From: Planctomycetota bacterium
GTDB lineage: Bacteria > Planctomycetota > JAJSAM01
Length of the DNA stretch: 10,619 nucleotides
Direction: 5' to 3'
NCBI GenBank assembly: GCA_025459285.1
Contig: JALOQY010000185.1
Location: forward strand, 1-10,619
Shown: positions 6,357 through 10,619 of the stretch, piece by piece
Numbering within the stretch: the stretch's first letter is position 1
Layout: every line of letters begins with the position of its first letter
Translations under genes and position numbers: made by a program
Notes under the pieces: generated by a model
Databases searched by the model: none
Told to the model about the DNA's origin: nothing
The model's input: only the letters and a program-made list of their open reading frames with translations

Positions 6357-8696
6357 CTACACGCCGGCGGCCGAGAGGATCGCCTTCTGGACTTCCTTCA
6401 CCGTGAGCCGGCCCACGTTCACCGCGGTGCAGGGCACCTTGCGGAAGAGGCGTTCGAACTGGCGGCGCTGGAGCTCCGTGTGCTCGAGGCTGCGGACGAG
6501 AAGGTGCGGGTTGAGGAACGGGGTCGAGCGCCCGGTGTGGTCACGCCCCTCTTCCACGTGCCGCGTGGCGATGTCCGGAGCGAGCTTCTCCACGTCCTTC
6601 GCGATCGCGTCGCGCCGGAGGAGGATCACCGCCTTGAGGGTCGTCCGCTTCGCGTGCCGGTCCGATCCGAGCCAGTACGGATCGAGCATCGCCCGGCTCG
6701 CCTCCCCGCCGAAGAAGCAGTAGGGCTCGCCGCGATCGAGCGGGCAGACGGCGGACTGCGGGCAGTCCTTGTGGGCGCACTCCTCCTTCGAGGTGGCCAC
6801 GTTCTCGCACTTCGACCGGTCGAAGAGCGGCTCGAGGGCCGGGATCTTCTCCGCCATGTCGGTGGGGACGTAGAGCTTGCGCTCCGGGGTGTCGGCGACG
6901 ACTCCGCCGCCCTGGTGACGCACGAAGACGAAGTCGGTGCTCACGAGTTTCGAGTCGGCGCGCTTCAGGAGTTCCGCCAGGTGGCCGGTCTTGCCGGTCC
7001 CCTCCGGTCCGAGGAGCAGCACGCCCTTCCCGCCGACCTCCACGCACATGCCGCGCACGCCGTGCAGGTCGTGGACGCGCTCCCCCACGTCGGTGACGAG
7101 GCCGAGCGCGAGCGACCGGAGCTGCCCGTAATACGCCGACTTCATGAAGAAGCCGGTGCGGGTCTCGGAGTGGTAGTAGGCCTTCTGGTCCTTACCGGGG
7201 ATCCAGTTCACGCCGTAGAGCACGCCGTGCGGCTCGATGTCGCTCTCGAGCGGCGAGGGGAACCAGTTCTCCACGAAGAAGTCGTAGAGGTGCGGGCTGT
7301 TCGTCCGGAGCTGGACGACGAGCCCGGAGATGTTCGCGTTCCACTCGAAGTACGGCTGGTCGCGCAGGAAGGAGTCGCAGTCCGCGACCATGGCGTCCCG
7401 CGCGGAAAGCGACATCTGGGTCTCGGTCTCCACGAAGCCCTTGACCTGCGTGACCGTGTTCGCGAGCTGCTTCTTCCGCGTCGCGCGCGCCGGCTTCAGC
7501 ATCGCGAGCGCGTCGGCCATGCGGTCCATGGCCTCGGCGATGCGATCGTAGGAGGTGGCGTAGGAGAGCCGGATGCAGTTCGGCCCGCCGAAGGAGTCGC
7601 CGGGCACCACCGCCACGTGGCCGTGGCGCAGGAGGTGGTAGGCGAGCCCGTAGGAGTTGCGGATCGGCGTACCGTCGCACTCCATCCGGTACGTCGGGGT
7701 GACGTTCGGGAAGAGATAGAAGGCCCCCTCCGCGCGGTGGCAGGTGACGCCCGGCATCGTGAGGAGCCGGGAGTGCATCATGTTCCGCCGCCGGAGGAAC
7801 TCCTCCCGCATCCTCACGATCTCGTCCTGCGGCCCGGTGAGGGCGGCGAGCGCCGCCATCTGGCTCACCGTGCAGGGGTTGCTCGTGGTGTGGCTCTGGA
7901 GGCGCCCCATCGCCTGGATGATCTCGGCGGGGCCGGCGGCGTAGCCGATGCGCCAGCCGGTCATCGAGTACGCCTTGCTCATCCCGTTCACGACCACGGT
8001 CTGGGCCTTGATCTTCGGCGAGAGCGCGGCGATCGACACGAATTCGAGACCGTCGTAGACGAGCTTTTCGTAGATCTCGTCGGCGATGATGAGCAACCCC
8101 TCGTCCGCGGCGGCCTCGCAGACCTCCATGAGCTGCGACCTCGTGTAGGCCGCCCCCGTGGGGTTCCCGGGGTTGTTGATGATGACGGCCTTCGTGCTCG
8201 CGGACAGCGCCCCCTTGAGCTGCTTCGCCGTGAGCCGGAAACCGTTCTGCTCGCTGGTATCGACGTAAACGGAGATCCCCTTGGCGAGGGACACCATCTC
8301 CGGGTAGCTCACCCAAAAGGGCGCGGGGATGATGACCTCCTCGTCCTTGTTGATCGTGGCGAGGAGAAGGTGGTAGAGGGACGCCTTCGCCCCGCAGGAG
8401 ACGATGATCTCCGACGACGGGTCGTAGGTGAGGCGGTTGTCGTCCTTCAGCTTCCGGGCGATGGCCCGGCGGAGTTCGATGAGCCCCTCCGCCGCGGTGT
8501 ACTTCGTGTACCCCTTCTCCATCGCCTCGTACGCCGCGAGGCGGATGTTGCGGGGCGTGGGGAAGTCCGGCTCGCCGACGGAGAGGTCGATGACGTCGAT
8601 ACCCTCCGCCTGCATGGCTTTGGCCTTGGCGGAGATCTTCAGCGTCGGCGAGAAGCCGACCCGCTTCATCCGCTCGGCCAGCATGGTTTCGGGCAC
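6357..8696 (-). CDS. class I aspartate/aromatic aminotransferase (PLP-dependent) fused in frame to an HprK-like (PEPCK-superfamily) P-loop kinase domain with a Cys-rich segment
   Basis: Residues 1-~395 contain GEPDFPTP, NPGNPTG and SKAYSMTGWRIGY (PLP-binding Lys), and overall resemble Thermus-type AspAT. They end with the usual ...RLSYATS...AMDRMADAL tail. The ORF then continues for about 380 more residues with no stop. Within that extension, HDLHGVRGMCVEVGGKGVLLLGPEGTGKTGHLAELLKRADSKLVSTDFVFV aligns with the HprK catalytic core pattern LHGV..V.V.G.GVL..G.SG.GKSE.ALEL.KRGH.LVADD.V.I, and the Walker A GPEGTGKT is intact. Further on there is a Cys cluster, C-x9-C-x4-C-x5-C-x8-C (SKCENVATSKEECAHKDCPQSAVCPLDRGEPYC). 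The start is GTG, preceded by AAGGAG at the correct spacing and lying 2 nt after the upstream stop. The complementary-strand ORFs 6480..8849(+) and 7192..8748(-) have a shadow-ORF composition. Confidence 0.9.
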   Translation of the reverse strand: MPETMLAERMKRVGFSPTLKISAKAKAMQAEGIDVIDLSVGEPDFPTPRNIRLAAYEAMEKGYTKYTAAEGLIELRRAIARKLKDDNRLTYDPSSEIIVSCGAKASLYHLLLATINKDEEVIIPAPFWVSYPEMVSLAKGISVYVDTSEQNGFRLTAKQLKGALSASTKAVIINNPGNPTGAAYTRSQLMEVCEAAADEGLLIIADEIYEKLVYDGLEFVSIAALSPKIKAQTVVVNGMSKAYSMTGWRIGYAAGPAEIIQAMGRLQSHTTSNPCTVSQMAALAALTGPQDEIVRMREEFLRRRNMMHSRLLTMPGVTCHRAEGAFYLFPNVTPTYRMECDGTPIRNSYGLAYHLLRHGHVAVVPGDSFGGPNCIRLSYATSYDRIAEAMDRMADALAMLKPARATRKKQLANTVTQVKGFVETETQMSLSARDAMVADCDSFLRDQPYFEWNANISGLVVQLRTNSPHLYDFFVENWFPSPLESDIEPHGVLYGVNWIPGKDQKAYYHSETRTGFFMKSAYYGQLRSLALGLVTDVGERVHDLHGVRGMCVEVGGKGVLLLGPEGTGKTGHLAELLKRADSKLVSTDFVFVRHQGGGVVADTPERKLYVPTDMAEKIPALEPLFDRSKCENVATSKEECAHKDCPQSAVCPLDRGEPYCFFGGEASRAMLDPYWLGSDRHAKRTTLKAVILLRRDAIAKDVEKLAPDIATRHVEEGRDHTGRSTPFLNPHLLVRSLEHTELQRRQFERLFRKVPCTAVNVGRLTVKEVQKAILSAAGV

Positions 8697-8698
8697 CG

Positions 8699-10018
8699 CT
8701 ACTTCTCCTTCTTCTCGTCCGCCTTCCCGGGCTTCTTGCCGGCCTCATCCGCCTCGCCGCCCGTGAGCTTCTTCGCGAGCTTCTTCAGGTCGATACCGCC
8801 GAGGGACTCCGCGATCTCCGGGAGCTGGGCGAGGACCTGCGCCACCTGACCGGTGATCTTCGCCACGCCCTTCCCCTCGCCTCCGGTGTCCACGATGACG
8901 ATCTTGTCGATCTTCGGCGGCCTCGTTGTACTCCTTGTAGGACTCGGCCCGCATCTCCATGGCCTTCGCCTCGGCCTCGCCGCGCAGGCGGATGGCGTCG
9001 GCATCGGCTTCCGCGAGCACCCTCGCCGCGGCGGCCTGCCCCTTCGCCTCGGCCTCGCGCTTGTAGGCCTCGGCCTCGGCCTCGATGTAGACCTGCCTCT
9101 TCCGGGCCTCCGCCGTCTTGTGGACGGTGGCGGTCAGCTCCTTCTCCCGGCGGGCGATCTCGAGTTCCTCGAGTTCGATCAGCTTCTCGCGCTCCACGAT
9201 GCGGACGTTCAGCTCCTCGGCCTTCAACTCCGAGTTCCGCTTCTGGCGCTCCAGTTCGTAGGCAATGTCGGCCTCGGCCTTCTTCTGGTTCACCTCGCCG
9301 GCGAAGCCGGCCCGGGCGGTCTCGAAGTCCCGGTTCGCGCGGGCAACCTCGGTCTCCGCGACGAGCCGCGCGATGTCCCCGGTCTTCCGGGCCTCGGCGG
9401 TCTTGATCGCCGCCTCCTTGTCGGTCTCGGCCTCGGAGATCTCGGCGTCGCGCTTGGCGGCGGCGATCTTCGGCTTGCCGAGCGCCTCCAGATAGCCCTG
9501 GTTGTCGGAGATGTCGATCAGGGTGAAGGAGAGCAGGTCGAGCCCCATCCGCCGGAGCTCGTTCTGCGTGGCCTTCTCCACCTTCTCGTTGAACTCGTCG
9601 CGCTGCTGGTAGATGTCCTCCACCGCGTGCGAGCCGAGGTAGGCGCGGAGCGTCCCCTCCATCACCTGGGAGCCGGTGTCGCGGATCGCCGCGGCGCCGC
9701 CGCCGAGGAACTGCTCGGCGGCCATCCGGATCGCCTGCTCGGAGGAGCCGACCTTGAGCTGCGCCTGGCCGACGGCGTTGAGCTGCACGCCGCCCTTGGT
9801 CAGCGCGTCGGTGACCTTCGCCTGCACGGTGTAGGTTTCCAGCGGCAGCACCTGCGCGGTCTGGAACAGCGGCAGGACGAAGGCGCCGCCGCCGATCCGC
9901 ATCTTGTAGCCCACCGTCCGGACCGTGCCGTCCACCTCGCGGACCTGCTGGCGCAGACCGCCCGAGACGATGAGCACCTCGAGAGGCCGAAAACGCCCCA
10001 GAATCCGATCGCAACCAT
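8699..10018 (-). pseudogene. flotillin family protein (SPFH/band-7, FloT/reggie-like) with the reading frame interrupted twice
   Basis: Track ORF 8745..9977(-) aligns well to B. subtilis FloT and human flotillin-1 across the SPFH and EA-repeat regions (EGTLRAYLGSHAVEDIYQQRDEFNEKV...LGKPKIAAAKRDAEISEAETDKEAAIKTAEA). The true ATG is at 10018, preceded by AGGAGA. It encodes MVAIGFWGVF and then falls out of frame at the A4 run 9990..9993; adding one A would give MVAIGFWGVFRPLEVLIVSGG. After ...ESYKEYNEAA, near 8912..8924, the flotillin C-terminus KIDKIVIVDTGGEGKGVAKITGQVAQVLAQLPEIAESLGG... continues in another frame, as track ORF 8699..9004. About 20 residues of the usual LPE.A...PLS segment are missing. 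Confidence 0.75.
8705..8710 (-). promoter_or_regulatory. Shine-Dalgarno AAGGAG for the aminotransferase-kinase fusion, embedded in the last codons of the flotillin gene
   Basis: The minus strand reads aagAAGGAGaagTAGcgGTG: the SD sits 8 nt before the GTG, with the flotillin stop TAG in between. Confidence 0.5.
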
Positions 10019-10021
10019 GAC

Positions 10022-10027
10022 GGTCTC
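10022..10027 (-). promoter_or_regulatory. Shine-Dalgarno AGGAGA 4-5 nt upstream of the flotillin ATG at 10018
   Basis: The minus strand reads ctAGGAGAccgtcATG. The stop (TAG) of the upstream PEPCK-like gene overlaps this element. Confidence 0.5.
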
Positions 10028-10619
10028 CTAGAAGTTCCTGCCCCCGAGCGGACGGCGCGGCCTCCGGGCCGGCTCGTAGTCCGCGAAGTAATCGCGGCGC
10101 GGGGCCTCGCGGCGCCCGGGGTCCTTCTTCTCTTCCGGTAAACTGAATGCCACCTGCACCTTCGCCGGGCGGGCGATCCCGTAGGACTCCTCCGCCGCCC
10201 GGATGATCTCCGGGTCGAGCCCCTCGGCGGCGATCTCGGCGGTGAACTCCCGCCTCCCGTCCACGATGTCCCTCACGTAGGCCTCGATCTGGTCCTTCGG
10301 ATAGAGCTTCTCCACCTCGTAGGCCGAGAGGTCGAAGCCCTCCACGCGACGGATCTCGCGAGTTCCGAGCCGGCCATCGGCATACTCGTTCGTGCCGCGG
10401 AGGTCGCCGCGCTGGATCGCGGCCATCAGCTCGATCGGGACGCGCGCCGCCTTGCGCACGAAGTGCTTCTTCTTGAGTCCGCCCTCGATCCTCTCCTCGA
10501 GGATCTCCCCCATGCCGCCGGTGTTGTACTGGAAGAACTTCACCTTGCCGGGATACGTGGCGCAGAGGGACATCACGATGTCCCGGAAACGGTTCACCTT
10601 GAACTGATGAGGAAGGTGC
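10028..10619 (-). CDS. PEP carboxykinase (ATP)-like protein, C-terminal part; the ORF continues upstream past the window edge
   Basis: The track ORF begins at GTG 10597, but the frame stays open to 10619 (...HLPHQFKVNRFRDIVMSLCATYPGKVKFFQYNTGGMGE...). The pattern LHP.QY....L...M......KV.F.QYNTGW.G...., followed by the R..L.A...G and LYPKD(Q) region, resembles the C-terminal lobe of ATP-dependent PEPCK ([32 protein letters not shown]... in E. coli PckA). It carries a C-terminal extension of about 50 aa. The family assignment is of moderate confidence. Confidence 0.55.
   Translation of the reverse strand, partial: HLPHQFKVNRFRDIVMSLCATYPGKVKFFQYNTGGMGEILEERIEGGLKKKHFVRKAARVPIELMAAIQRGDLRGTNEYADGRLGTREIRRVEGFDLSAYEVEKLYPKDQIEAYVRDIVDGRREFTAEIAAEGLDPEIIRAAEESYGIARPAKVQVAFSLPEEKKDPGRREAPRRDYFADYEPARRPRRPLGGRNF

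Noticed and set aside
4300-6723. ORFs 4300..6213(-), 4322..4747(+), 4365..4943(+), 4928..6406(+), 5773..6723(+) and 5553..6131(-)
   Set aside because: They are RPG-rich, low-complexity translations overlapping the two plus-strand genes that carry SAM-methyltransferase and FemAB-like motifs. They are chance ORFs from GC bias.
8640-8760. Apparent one-base offset between my hand count of the printed sequence and the ORF-track translations (an extra c near 8641, one c fewer near 8760)
   Set aside because: The net effect is zero, and two independent track ORFs agree with each other. This is most likely my own miscount of 10-nt blocks. I deferred to the track coordinates and draw no biological conclusion.
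6480-8849. ORFs 6480..8849(+), 7192..8748(-) and 6541..7047(-) overlapping the fusion gene
   Set aside because: They have shadow-ORF composition (R/G/V/D/L-rich). The 6357..8696 frame carries unambiguous aminotransferase and P-loop signatures.
8930-9500. GCCTCGGCCTCG-type repeats in the flotillin region as a tandem repeat or CRISPR-like array
   Set aside because: They encode the Glu-Ala (EA) repeat region characteristic of flotillins. They have no regular spacer-repeat architecture.
8785-10031. ORFs 8785..10014(-), 8853..10031(+), 9265..9495(+) and 9800..10018(-)
   Set aside because: These are alternative frames of the flotillin region. Only the first ~10 codons of 9800..10018 (MVAIGFWGVF) are used, as the genuine flotillin N-terminus. 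The rest is out-of-frame read-through.

Overview
This 10.6 kb window is high-GC (about 70-75%, dipping to about 60-68% over 6.4-8.7 kb), gene-dense bacterial chromosomal DNA. I could not recognise any rRNA, tRNA, CRISPR array or IS/transposase. Because of the GC content all six frames carry long ORFs. I separated real genes from Arg/Pro/Gly-rich shadow ORFs by amino-acid composition and by recognisable family motifs. Supported genes, left to right:

- 44..3301 (-): a 1085-aa secreted multidomain protein with a gluzincin-type zinc-peptidase signature (HELTH, then LTEGLANL) and a long coiled-coil/TPR-like segment.
- 3367..4260 (-): a Trm112-like zinc-ribbon domain fused to a class I SAM-dependent methyltransferase.
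- 4261..4317: a 57-bp divergent promoter region with two -10-like hexamers.
- 4318..5322 (+): a FemAB/CelD-like GNAT-fold acyl/aminoacyl-transferase with a GTG start. Its TGA overlaps the ATG of the next gene (ATGA).
- 5319..6071 (+): a class I SAM-dependent methyltransferase.
- 6357..8696 (-): a 779-aa protein in which a complete class-I aspartate aminotransferase (PLP-Lys, NPGNPTG) is fused in frame to an HprK-like P-loop kinase domain plus a Cys-rich segment. I have not seen this architecture described.
- 8699..10018 (-): a flotillin (SPFH/band-7, FloT/reggie-like) gene whose frame is broken twice, i.e. a pseudogene or an assembly error.
- 10028..10619 (-): the 3' part of a PEP-carboxykinase(ATP)-like gene that runs off the window.

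The last three genes are separated by only 2 and 9 nt and look like one operon.

The most interesting items are the aminotransferase-HprK-like fusion (which also has lower GC than its flanks), the doubly disrupted flotillin, and the locus combining a FemAB-like transferase, two methyltransferases and a secreted peptidase.

One caveat on coordinates: my hand translation of about 8640-8760 appeared to be offset by one base relative to the supplied ORF track. I deferred to the track there.
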